64,000 nucleotides of DNA from an uncultured Gardnerella sp. (lineage in GTDB: Bacteria; Actinomycetota; Actinomycetes; Actinomycetales; Bifidobacteriaceae). Below are positions 40,545 through 49,518 of the stretch, in pieces. The stretch lies in assembly GCA_947289115.1 (NCBI GenBank), contig CAMYPG010000005.1:2038-66037 (forward strand), given 5' to 3'. The notes under the pieces were generated by a model, which saw nothing but the letters and a program-made list of their open reading frames with translations, searched no databases and was not told the origin of the DNA. Each line of letters opens with the position of its first letter. The stretch's first letter is position 1. The translations under genes were made by a program, and so were the position numbers.

Positions 40545-41639
40545 ATGGATTACAAACACCGCAGTATTCTAGATAGTTTGCCAAATTACAAGCAAGGCAA
40601 ACCAGCGCCCGCATTAGACGGCATTCGCGCATATAAGATTTCGAGCAACGAAAACCCATTTGAGCCGTTAGAAAGCGTAAAAGACGCTATTTCTAACCGC
40701 GCGCTTGGTGTTATTAATCGTTACCCAAATATGCGTGGAACAGAAGTTGTAGAAGAGTTAGCTAAAAAGTTTAGCGTTACTCCCGATGAAGTTGTGCTTG
40801 GCTGCGGCTCCACAGAGGTTATTACGCAGCTCGTAGACTTAGTCGCTGGTCCTGGAGACGAAGTTATATACCCTTGGAGAAGCTTTGAGGCATATCCAAT
40901 TATTGTTACGGGTGCTGGTGCTACAAGCGTTAAAATTCCTAATCGCGCAGATGGGTCGCACGATGTGGACGCAATGATTGATGCAATTAATGAGCGCACG
41001 CGTCTTGTTATTTTGAACAATCCAAACAATCCTACATCCGCGCAACTTTCTGATGAGGATGCTAGAAAGGTTTTGGATGCTGTACCAAGCGACGTTTTGG
41101 TGCTTATTGACGAAGCGTATGTGCAATTTAACAACGCAAAAGGTACGGCAGATGGCATGCAACTTTACCGCGAATATCCAAACGTTGTTGTTGCTCAAAC
41201 ATTTTCTAAGGCATACGGTTTAGCTGGCTTGCGCATTGGATACGCTATTGGCGCTGCAGATGTTGTAGACGGCATGAGAAAAGTGGCTGTTCCATTTGGA
41301 GTAAGCCAAATTGCACAAGTGGCTGCCATTGCCTCTTTGGAACCTCAAGCGCTTGTAGAGATGCGCAACCGCGTAGATGCACTTGTTAAGGAGCGTAATC
41401 GCGTTGTAAGCGGTTTGCGTGAACAAGGGTGGAATATTGTCGAGCCGTATGCAAACTTCTTCTGGATGCCGTTTGGTGAAGACACAGAGCGAGCTAATCA
41501 GCGTTTTGTTGAGGCGGGTCTTTCTGTGCGAGCGTTTGCTGGTGAAGGTATTCGCATCACAATCGCAGAAACCGAAGCAAATGACCGTGTTCTTAAAATA
41601 TGCGAGTCTTTAAAGAAAGATGGTTTTTCGCTTAAATAA
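40545..41639 (+). CDS. hisC: Histidinol-phosphate/aromatic aminotransferase
   Basis: SSNENP, NPNNPT, DEAY and TFSKAYGLAGLRIGY motifs. Confidence 0.85.
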   Translation: MDYKHRSILDSLPNYKQGKPAPALDGIRAYKISSNENPFEPLESVKDAISNRALGVINRYPNMRGTEVVEELAKKFSVTPDEVVLGCGSTEVITQLVDLVAGPGDEVIYPWRSFEAYPIIVTGAGATSVKIPNRADGSHDVDAMIDAINERTRLVILNNPNNPTSAQLSDEDARKVLDAVPSDVLVLIDEAYVQFNNAKGTADGMQLYREYPNVVVAQTFSKAYGLAGLRIGYAIGAADVVDGMRKVAVPFGVSQIAQVAAIASLEPQALVEMRNRVDALVKERNRVVSGLREQGWNIVEPYANFFWMPFGEDTERANQRFVEAGLSVRAFAGEGIRITIAETEANDRVLKICESLKKDGFSLK

Positions 41640-41767
41640 TCATATTTTTGACCGCATTTAGATGTGATTTTTGCCTTTCGGCGTGTCTTAATCTTGCATT
41701 AGTCTCGCGTTCGTGGCAAAATAACAAAGTTGCCGTTTGGAGATATTCTTCTCCGCTCGGAAACATT

Positions 41768-41849
41768 GGCGGGTTACCAGAGCGGCCAAATGGGACTGAC
41801 TGTAAATCAGTTGCTTCGTGCTTCAGTGGTTCAAATCCACTACCCGCCA
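41768..41849 (+). tRNA. tRNA-Tyr(GTA)
   Basis: Loop CTGTAAA, long variable arm, GGTTCAAATCC. Confidence 0.95.
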
Positions 41850-41850
41850 C

Positions 41851-41922
<72 letters not shown>

Positions 41923-41926
41923 CTCT

Positions 41927-42000
41927 GGCGGGGTAGCTCAGCTGGCTAGAGCGTACGACTCATAATCGTAAGGTCAAGAGTTCGAGTCTCTTCCTCGCTA
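41927..42000 (+). tRNA. tRNA-Met(CAT), elongator type
   Basis: Loop CTCATAA, AGTTCGAGTCT; lacks the initiator GGG/CCC anticodon stem. Confidence 0.9.
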
Positions 42001-42050
42001 CAATGGCCAGCAGGAGTTGGTCAACACACAACATTCTAGAGGTGAACGAA

Positions 42051-42221
42051 ATGGCAAGTAAGAGCGCAGACATCCGTCCAGGCATTACGCTTGCATGCAC
42101 GGAGTGCAAGGAGCGTAATTACATCACGACGAAGAATCGTCGTAATACGCCTGATCGTCTCGAGTTGAGCAAGTTCTGCCCACGTTGCGGCAAGCATACT
42201 CTCCATCGCGAGACTCGCTAA
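42051..42221 (+). CDS. rpmG: 50S ribosomal protein L33 (Zn-ribbon form)
   Basis: [13 protein letters not shown]...[23 protein letters not shown]. Confidence 0.97.
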   Translation: MASKSADIRPGITLACTECKERNYITTKNRRNTPDRLELSKFCPRCGKHTLHRETR

Positions 42222-42309
42222 GCGAGTGAGCTTCGGCGAAGTTTTGTAGCTTTATTTACCCCGCGTTTTGCGGGGTTTTTTGTTATTTAGTGCTGTTAGG
42301 ATTAGGCAT

Positions 42310-43593
42310 ATGAGTATGCAATCATCCTTATCGAAATCTGATAATCCAACTTTCGCAGACCTTACAACAATTGGGGTTGGGGGTAGTATTGCTCGTTTTG
42401 TAGAACCTAATAGCAGGGTGGCTGTTATTGAAGCTGTAGAAGATGCCGATTGTGCGGGATTGCCATTGTGCGTTATTGGTGGTGGATCTAACATGCTCGT
42501 TAGCGATGAGTCGTTTAACGGAGTTGTTGTGCGCGATGCTCGGCGTGAAATTTGTGTTTTAGATGAGGCGGCTCCTAGCGAAGATGGCGTTGATAAGGAT
42601 AGTGGAGATTGTTTAGTTCACGTTAGTGCAGAAGCAGGATGCAATTGGGATGATTTTGTATCGCATACGATTCAGCTTGGCTTAGAAGGCGTAGAAGCGC
42701 TATCTGGTATTCCTGGAACTGTTGGGGCATCTGTTGTGCAAAACATTGGCGCATATGGTGCGGAAGTGGCGCAAAGCGTTGAATGTGTAGAAGTTTGGGA
42801 TCGTAAAGATAAAACAACTTTTTATATGAATCTTGCGGATCTTAAGTTTGGATACCGCACGTCTGTTCTTAAAAAAAGCATGTATAAGGCGCCTGGTGTT
42901 GCTGCCGATTGCTTCTTCCCAACGCCTAGATATGTTGTTTTATCTGTTACTTTTTGCTTAAAGCATTCAAAAACGGGTGTTGTGGCTCATTCTCAGCTTG
43001 CTCACGCGCTTGGCGTGCAAGTTGGCGATAGGATGGAAACATCTAAGATTCGTCGCGAAGTTTTGCGCGTTAGAGCGTCTAAGGGCATGCTTGAAGATGC
43101 TATGCGTTACGCAAATAAGTGGATGTGCTACGCAAAAAGCGAGAGCGGTGTTGAGTCTGCGATTAGTCTTCAAAATGAAGACTATGTTTGTGGAGATTTG
43201 TTAGACGGCGATTCTAAGTATGCCGATCGTCATAGTTGTGGAAGTTTCTTTATGAATCCGATTTTGACAGAATCTCAGGCAGATTTGCTTCCAGAAGACG
43301 CTCCGCGATTTGACGCCACTTTGCCAGATGGATCTAAGGGTGTTAAGACTTCTGCCGCATGGCTTATTGATCATGCAGGATTCCATAAAGGATTTAGGCT
43401 TACGCAAAACAATGGTATAAAAAGTGAGGCTGGGTTGTCTTCTTTGCATACTTTGGCATTGACCAATCGCAATAACGCAAAATGCAAAGATATTGTTGAT
43501 TTAGCGCGCAAAATCATAGATGGTGTTTATGATTCTTTTGGCGTAAAACTTGTTCCAGAGCCTGTTCTAATCGGCATTAACTTAGATTGTTAA
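42310..43593 (+). CDS. murB: UDP-N-acetylmuramate dehydrogenase
   Basis: IGGGSNML, GIPGTVGA, QNIGAYG, GSFFMNP and LVPEP motifs. Confidence 0.95.
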   Translation: MSMQSSLSKSDNPTFADLTTIGVGGSIARFVEPNSRVAVIEAVEDADCAGLPLCVIGGGSNMLVSDESFNGVVVRDARREICVLDEAAPSEDGVDKDSGDCLVHVSAEAGCNWDDFVSHTIQLGLEGVEALSGIPGTVGASVVQNIGAYGAEVAQSVECVEVWDRKDKTTFYMNLADLKFGYRTSVLKKSMYKAPGVAADCFFPTPRYVVLSVTFCLKHSKTGVVAHSQLAHALGVQVGDRMETSKIRREVLRVRASKGMLEDAMRYANKWMCYAKSESGVESAISLQNEDYVCGDLLDGDSKYADRHSCGSFFMNPILTESQADLLPEDAPRFDATLPDGSKGVKTSAAWLIDHAGFHKGFRLTQNNGIKSEAGLSSLHTLALTNRNNAKCKDIVDLARKIIDGVYDSFGVKLVPEPVLIGINLDC

Positions 43594-43806
43594 TGTAAGT
43601 TGTTAACACAAATTTAGCATAATTTAACATAATAAATCGCGATTTATGTTGTGATTTTCCGCTGAACACAGTACTATGCTCTTTTAATATCGTAAAAATT
43701 ATTGTTTGATGGCACTTAATGTGTGTTGAACTGTATTTTTTGCTATTAATAACATATATACCCTTATATGGAATGTTTTAGACGTAGTTTTAGAGAAGGT
43801 TGGATT

Positions 43807-45417
43807 ATGCAAATATGGAGAAAAAAGTCTGTTGAACAGACTATTGCAGAAACAATGGATGGTGATCGCCATCTTAAGCGTACGTTAAATGCATGGGATT
43901 TGGCAGTTATGGGAGTAGCTGTGGCTGTTGGTGCTGGCATCTTCTCCGTTGGCGCTCAGGCTGCAGCGTTCCACGCAGGTCCTGCAGTTATTATTAGCTT
44001 TATCATCGCTGGTATTGTTTGCGGAACGGCTGCAATGTGCTACGCTGAGTTTGCTTCGATGATTCCTGTTGCTGGTTCTGCATACACCTTTACGTATACC
44101 ACAGTAGGCGAGCTTATTGCTTGGATTATTGGTTGGGATATGATTCTGGAAATGCTTATGGCAGGATCCGTTATAGCCAAATATTGGGGCGTTTATCTTA
44201 ACGATTTAATGCACTTGTTTGGTCTTAATGTATCTACTTCTGTAAAGCTGGGTAATTTTACTTTCGATTTTGCTCCAGTAGTTATCGTTGCATTCTTTAC
44301 GATTATGCTTGTTGTTGGAACAAAGCTTTCTGCTCGTTTTGATGGCGCTTTAACAATCTTGAAGATTGGTATTGTTCTGTTCGTTGTTGTTGTTGGATTC
44401 TTCTACATTAAGGCTTCTAACTTCACTCCATTCGTTCCACCTGCAACAGATGTTGCTAGCGTTAAGGGAATCCACGTTTCTGGCACAATGAGCCAGCCGC
44501 TTTGGCAATGGCTTACTGGCATGCAGCCAGCTGTTTACGGTGTTACTGGTATTCTTTCTGGCGCAGCACTTGTGTTCTTTGCATTTATTGGATTCGACGT
44601 TGTTGCAACTACGGCAGAAGAAACTAAGGACCCACACAAGAACATTCCTAAGGGCATTGGTCTTGGTCTTTTGATTGTGACTGTTCTTTACATTCTTGTT
44701 GCTGTTGTTACAACTGGCATGGTTTCGTACAAGGATTTGGCTAAGCAAGAGGCTCCTTCTCTTTCTACAAGCTTTGAGCTTGTAGGCGCAACTTGGGCAG
44801 CAAAGATTATTTCTCTTGGCATTGTAATCGGCTTAACAACTGTTGTTATGGTTCTTCTTCTTGGTCTTACGCGTATCGTGTTTGCTGTGAGCCGCGATGG
44901 TCTTCTTCCTCGTAGCTTCTCTAAGGTTAGCAAACGCGGCATTCCTGCACGTATTCAGATTGTTTCTGGCATTGTAGTTGCTATAATCGCTTCTACATTA
45001 GATATTGGAATTCTTTCTGATATGGTGAATATCGGTACGCTTTCTGCATTCTTGCTCGTTTCTGCTGGTGTTCCGATTATGCGTATGCGTAGACCAGATT
45101 TGCACCGATCCTTTATGGTTCCATGGAATCCAGTTTTGCCTATTTTTGCTGCGCTTTCTACGTTCTGGCTTATGCTAAACCTTTCCGTGCTTACATGGAT
45201 TCGTTTTGCGATTTGGCTTGCGATTGGCTTTGCAGTATACTTCGGCTATTCCTACCGCAATTCTTTGCTTGGAAGGCAGTTACGCAAGGCTAAGAAGCTT
45301 GGTGTTCCTGTAGAGTCATTGTTTGCTCAAGATGCTGTTGCAGCTGAAAAGATGGCTCAGGGAGAATCTGAAGACCAGGCTCGTGCAGAAGCTGCTCAAG
45401 AGACAGGTAATAATTGA
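43807..45417 (+). CDS. APC-family amino acid permease
   Basis: GAGIF, YAEFAS, GSAY and FFAFIGFD motifs. Confidence 0.93.
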   Translation: MQIWRKKSVEQTIAETMDGDRHLKRTLNAWDLAVMGVAVAVGAGIFSVGAQAAAFHAGPAVIISFIIAGIVCGTAAMCYAEFASMIPVAGSAYTFTYTTVGELIAWIIGWDMILEMLMAGSVIAKYWGVYLNDLMHLFGLNVSTSVKLGNFTFDFAPVVIVAFFTIMLVVGTKLSARFDGALTILKIGIVLFVVVVGFFYIKASNFTPFVPPATDVASVKGIHVSGTMSQPLWQWLTGMQPAVYGVTGILSGAALVFFAFIGFDVVATTAEETKDPHKNIPKGIGLGLLIVTVLYILVAVVTTGMVSYKDLAKQEAPSLSTSFELVGATWAAKIISLGIVIGLTTVVMVLLLGLTRIVFAVSRDGLLPRSFSKVSKRGIPARIQIVSGIVVAIIASTLDIGILSDMVNIGTLSAFLLVSAGVPIMRMRRPDLHRSFMVPWNPVLPIFAALSTFWLMLNLSVLTWIRFAIWLAIGFAVYFGYSYRNSLLGRQLRKAKKLGVPVESLFAQDAVAAEKMAQGESEDQARAEAAQETGNN

Positions 45418-45597
45418 TTATAAAATCTTGAATTAAGATATTATCTTATTTTTAGATTTATTGATTCTAATCACGTTGAGTCGGCATGCGGTTTTACGCG
45501 TGTCGACTCAATTAGTTTTGCGCGCCGTGTTTGCACTATAATAGAAAAGTTAAATTGTTTCATTAGAGCAAAAGAATGCAGAAGGGGGGCGTTTGTT

Positions 45598-45918
45598 ATG
45601 CCTTATGTTATTGCAGAACCTTGTGTTGACGTTAAGGATAAAGCTTGTGTTGACGAGTGCCCTGTTGATTGCATTTATGAAGGCGATCGTACGCTTTATA
45701 TAAACCCTAATGAATGTGTTGATTGTGGTGCTTGTGAACCAGCTTGTCCTGTAGAAGCCATTTTCTACGAGGACGATGTTCCAGAAGAGTGGGAATGGTA
45801 TAAAGACGCTGCAGTAGAGTACTTTAACAAACTTGGTGATTTAGGTGGAGCGCAAGAAGCTGGTCCATCTGGCTGGGATGAAGATCGTGTAGCTGCTCTT
45901 CCTAAAAGAGATGCTTAA
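45598..45918 (+). CDS. fdxA: 7Fe ferredoxin
   Basis: CVDVKDKACVDECPVDCI and CVDCGACEPACP. Confidence 0.95.
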   Translation: MPYVIAEPCVDVKDKACVDECPVDCIYEGDRTLYINPNECVDCGACEPACPVEAIFYEDDVPEEWEWYKDAAVEYFNKLGDLGGAQEAGPSGWDEDRVAALPKRDA

Positions 45919-47249
45919 ATACCTAGTTGCGCCGCATTGTTTCCATATTTTTCTCTTACAGCATCTAAAACATGTTCTGCGTGACTTATTCGTGCATAAG
46001 TATTTTTTACTGCGTTTTCTCTAATTGATGTTGAATTTTTGTATGTATCGTTGTTTATTACGGTTTCTCTTTTGCTTTCTTCAAGAATGTCATTAATAGT
46101 TGGCTGAATGAAAGTTTTGCTGCATTTCACAAGATTACTAGCGCTTACTCCTGCCAGCCTAACTGGGCTTAATAAGCAAATATTATTTCCGCCTAATTTA
46201 TGATTGTGTACTATAGGGTCTGCATCCATTAACAATGAGTCAACGTGCTTATATAATTCATGGGAAGAATCCGTTGCGTTTCTTAACGTTTTAGATCTAG
46301 TAACATAGTGCAAATCGCTGAATCGTAGCTTTAACGTGACAGTTTTGGTTGCCATATTGCGTTTGCGTAGTTCTTGCGCCACGTCATTGCAGCAGTGCCT
46401 GATCAGGTTTTTCACTGCTGCAATATCTGTGGTGTCAGAATTGAGAGTTTGTTCTGTACCAATGGATTTTTCTGGAACATGGGGCATGACCTGCCGATTA
46501 TCGATTCCGCGCGAAGTGTTATAAAGCATTTGTGCAACAATCTTAGAGCCAGCAATTCGTTCCAGAGTCTTTTCATCTATATTTCTTAGTGTTTCTATAC
46601 TATTTATTCCCCATGCTGCTAGCTTTTTTGCCAGAGCTGGTCCAATTCCTGGTATTGCTCGTAATGGCATTATTGACACAAAGTCAGCGTTGCGGTTCTG
46701 GGGGACAACCAGCATTCCATTTGGCTTTGCATTTGTTGATGCCATTTTTGCTATTAATTTATTGGATGCTATTCCCACTGAGCAGGTGATATGAAACTTA
46801 CGCGCGACTTCGCTTCGTATCCATTCGCCTATAACAATAGGCGAATGCCAGCGTAAAAGTGCGGAGTTAACATCCATATAACATTCGTCTACAGAGACTC
46901 GTTCAACCCTATCTGTGATTTTTGAAAAAACCTCCTTAAAAATCCTAGATGAAATGGAAACGTAGTATGGCATATCTACCGGTAAGAAAATGCCATTAGG
47001 GCACAAGCTTCGTGCTCGCGCTGTAGGCATAGCTGAATTGACGCCATACTTACGTGCCTCGTAGCTGGCTGCCGAAACTACGGAGCGCGAGCCTGTACCA
47101 ATAATCACAGGTTTACCAAGTAACCTAGGATTACGCGCCGCCTCGAGTGATGCGTAAAACGCATCCATATCGATATGAAGTATTGTGCAGCCAGACGTGT
47201 CATGCCCCCAGTCGCGTTTAGCTTCTGTAACTCGCGGTGCTGTGCTCAT
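45915..47249 (-). CDS. dinB: DNA polymerase IV
   Basis: HIDMDAFYAS, SYEAR, SVDE and KPNG motifs; start MSTAPR at 47249. Confidence 0.96.
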   Translation of the reverse strand: MSTAPRVTEAKRDWGHDTSGCTILHIDMDAFYASLEAARNPRLLGKPVIIGTGSRSVVSAASYEARKYGVNSAMPTARARSLCPNGIFLPVDMPYYVSISSRIFKEVFSKITDRVERVSVDECYMDVNSALLRWHSPIVIGEWIRSEVARKFHITCSVGIASNKLIAKMASTNAKPNGMLVVPQNRNADFVSIMPLRAIPGIGPALAKKLAAWGINSIETLRNIDEKTLERIAGSKIVAQMLYNTSRGIDNRQVMPHVPEKSIGTEQTLNSDTTDIAAVKNLIRHCCNDVAQELRKRNMATKTVTLKLRFSDLHYVTRSKTLRNATDSSHELYKHVDSLLMDADPIVHNHKLGGNNICLLSPVRLAGVSASNLVKCSKTFIQPTINDILEESKRETVINNDTYKNSTSIRENAVKNTYARISHAEHVLDAVREKYGNNAAQLGI

Positions 47250-47259
47250 GGATTTATAG

Positions 47260-47275
47260 TAGAACAAACGTTCGA
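47260..47275. promoter_or_regulatory. LexA (SOS) box
   Basis: TAGAAC-AAAC-GTTCGA matches the Gram-positive/actinobacterial GAAC-N4-GTTC and abuts the dinB -10. Confidence 0.88.
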
Positions 47276-47361
47276 TTTTATCTATAGTGTGTCGCAATAA
47301 ATTTTACGAAAAATATAGTCAAAATATGCAAATATAACTACTGCCGTGTAGGGTATGCTGT

Positions 47362-48300
47362 ATGAAACAAATCATAGTGAACGCGCTAAATCGCATGCCT
47401 GTTTTGCTTATTGTTGTTGTGGAAGCGGCGATGGTTTATTTAGCAACATCAATAGCGAAAGTCGCGTTTAGTCAGCTCGATCCGTTGTATTCTGTGTGGT
47501 ATCGCGTTGGATTTATGACTTTGTTTTTGCTTGCTTGGAGAAGACCTTTTTCGCACAAAAAACGCGCGCACAATTCTTTGCCTAAAACGTTAAAAGAATG
47601 GTTAGTTGTTGTTGCAGTAGGAATTTCCGTTGTTCTTATGAACACCATGTTTTATTTAGCTATTAGCTGTATGGCTGTGGGGGTCGCGGTTACTATCGAG
47701 TTTGTAGGACCGCTTATGGTTGCTGTTATAACAGGTAAAACGTGGCGTGAGCGCATTGGTATAGTTATTGCCGCGTGTGGAATCGTGCTTCTTGCAAGCG
47801 CTTCTATGGGTTCTAATGAAAGTCCGCATTTTCTTGTTGGATTAGTTGCAATTCTTATTGGCGGATCCATGTGGGGAATGTATATTGTCTCTGGGCGAAT
47901 GTTGGCTAGAGGTTCTAATGCTATAGACAGAGTTAGTGTAGCTATTTTAATTGGATGGTTGTTGCAGTCTAGCGTACTTGCAGTTCCTGCGATTTCTCAT
48001 GTTATATACCTTAAGCCAGGAGCTACTTGGGCTGCACAGTCTGGCGGTTCTATAAAGCTTTTAGCTTTGATGGTTGTTATTGCGATATGCGCATCTTTTA
48101 TTCCTACGCTGTTGGATCAAGTTCTTTTAAAGCGCGTGTCTTCGGCAAGATATTCTGTTATGCAGGCTTTATATCCTGCTATTGCTGCAGTTGTTGGAAT
48201 GGGATTTGGAGAAGTGCCAACTTGGATTGATGTTTGTGGAATGGCTCTAGTTATGTTGGCTGTTGCGATTACATTTTCGGGAGACCATAATCCTGCATAA
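47362..48300 (+). CDS. EamA/DMT transporter (RhtA-like)
   Basis: About 10 TMs; MNTMFYLAI...GVAVTIEFVGPL. Confidence 0.88.
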   Translation: MKQIIVNALNRMPVLLIVVVEAAMVYLATSIAKVAFSQLDPLYSVWYRVGFMTLFLLAWRRPFSHKKRAHNSLPKTLKEWLVVVAVGISVVLMNTMFYLAISCMAVGVAVTIEFVGPLMVAVITGKTWRERIGIVIAACGIVLLASASMGSNESPHFLVGLVAILIGGSMWGMYIVSGRMLARGSNAIDRVSVAILIGWLLQSSVLAVPAISHVIYLKPGATWAAQSGGSIKLLALMVVIAICASFIPTLLDQVLLKRVSSARYSVMQALYPAIAAVVGMGFGEVPTWIDVCGMALVMLAVAITFSGDHNPA

Positions 48301-48419
48301 ATTTTGCTGTTTGGCTATTCAATCCACTTTTGTGTGTTTGGTGTGTCGCTGAAGCATTGTGCACGTCCTCAAGAGGTGATATAGTCTGAATCTGTTGCTA
48401 TCTTGAATAGCTACAAAGT

Positions 48420-48506
48420 GGAGTCATGCCTGAGTGGCCGATAGGGGCACCCTGCTAAGGTGTTAGTCGTGTAAGCGGCTCGAGAGTTCGAATCTCTCTG
48501 ACTCCG
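48420..48506 (+). tRNA. tRNA-Ser(GCT)
   Basis: GGAGTCA/TGACTCC acceptor, loop CTGCTAA, long variable arm. Confidence 0.95.
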
Positions 48507-48513
48507 CGGTTTT

Positions 48514-48556
48514 AGCTCTAAATCGTTGATTTTTCAGTGATTTAGAGCTTTTTTTT
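48514..48556 (+). terminator. Terminator after tRNA-Ser
   Basis: AGCTCTAAATCG...TGATTTAGAGCT plus T-run. Confidence 0.8.
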
Positions 48557-48563
48557 GTTTTGA

Positions 48564-48580
48564 TTTTTGGCCTATAACCC
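48564..48580. mobile_element. Isolated 17-bp IS end
   Basis: TTTTTGGCCTATAACCC is identical to 54209-54225 and sits exactly at the AT-to-GC transition. Confidence 0.85.
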
Positions 48581-49312
48581 GCCGGGTCTGGGCGGACAGT
48601 ATCTGTGCGCACAAAGAGGCGACGCCCTGGGCATCGGCGCGGTTGTTCTTGCTACGGAAACGCTGAACGTTCCGCGGATCGTAGCCTGCGGCGCCCAACG
48701 CCAGTTCGAAGGTGGGGATGCGTTCGGTAAAGCTGTATCGCCTGAATGACCCTGGTTGGGGGAATTCGACGAGGCCGACCTGCGGGTGCCCGAGATCGCG
48801 TATGTGCTCGGCGGCGTCCCGCATGGATGCGGTGTTATCGAGGAGCACCGCGGCGTCATAGCCTTCGGTGTCCTGCGAGTCAAGGCCGACGATGGGGATG
48901 TTGGCATCCGCCAACTGGGAGGATTGCTCGGGGCTGAGCAGAATCGAGGCGATGATGATGTCGTCGGTGTTCTTGTTCTCGGAGATGCTGCGGAAATAGC
49001 TGTCCATCTGTTCCGGGGTGTGCAAGACGATGGGAAAGAGATCATATCCGCTTCCTGCGATGGTCGTATACAGACCTTCAAATGACGTGGAGGTGAACCA
49101 GGTGTTGAAGCGGTCGACGAAGAGCGCACTGATACGGAAGGATTTGCGGGAAGCCAGCGCGGAAGCGCTTTTTGACGCACGAAATGCTCACGTTCGGCTA
49201 TGGCCTGGATGCGTAGCCGGGTGGCCTCGCTGATGCGTTCATCGTTGTGTAGGGCACGGGAAACCGTCGAAAGTGATACGGAAGCCATTTCGGCTATATC
49301 CTTCAACAACAT
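48581..49312 (-). pseudogene. LacI-family repressor, frameshifted and 3'-truncated
   Basis: LKDIAEMASVSLSTVSRAL HTH; frameshift at 49169-49173; the sugar-binding domain is cut by the IS end at 48580. Confidence 0.88.
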
Positions 49313-49424
49313 TCTTCTCTGTCCCGCCTGGAATCTCCTGCTTACTGCTGCAATTGTACTGTGCCATCGACCGCCCGCTATCCCATCGGCGGGACGTGGG
49401 GAGCGAAGTTCAGTGACTATTTAT

Positions 49425-49462
49425 TGCTAGCGCTTGCATAAATGTTGTGCAACTGTTAGCAT
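49425..49462 (+). promoter_or_regulatory. LacI-type operator overlapping the promoter of the glucosidase operon
   Basis: TGCTAGCGCTTGCA (49425-49438); TTGCAT-17 bp-TAGCAT. Confidence 0.65.
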
Positions 49463-49518
49463 AACGATTGTTGTTCCAAACACTATCAATGACGATTAGA
49501 AGAAAGTCAGAGTTGACT

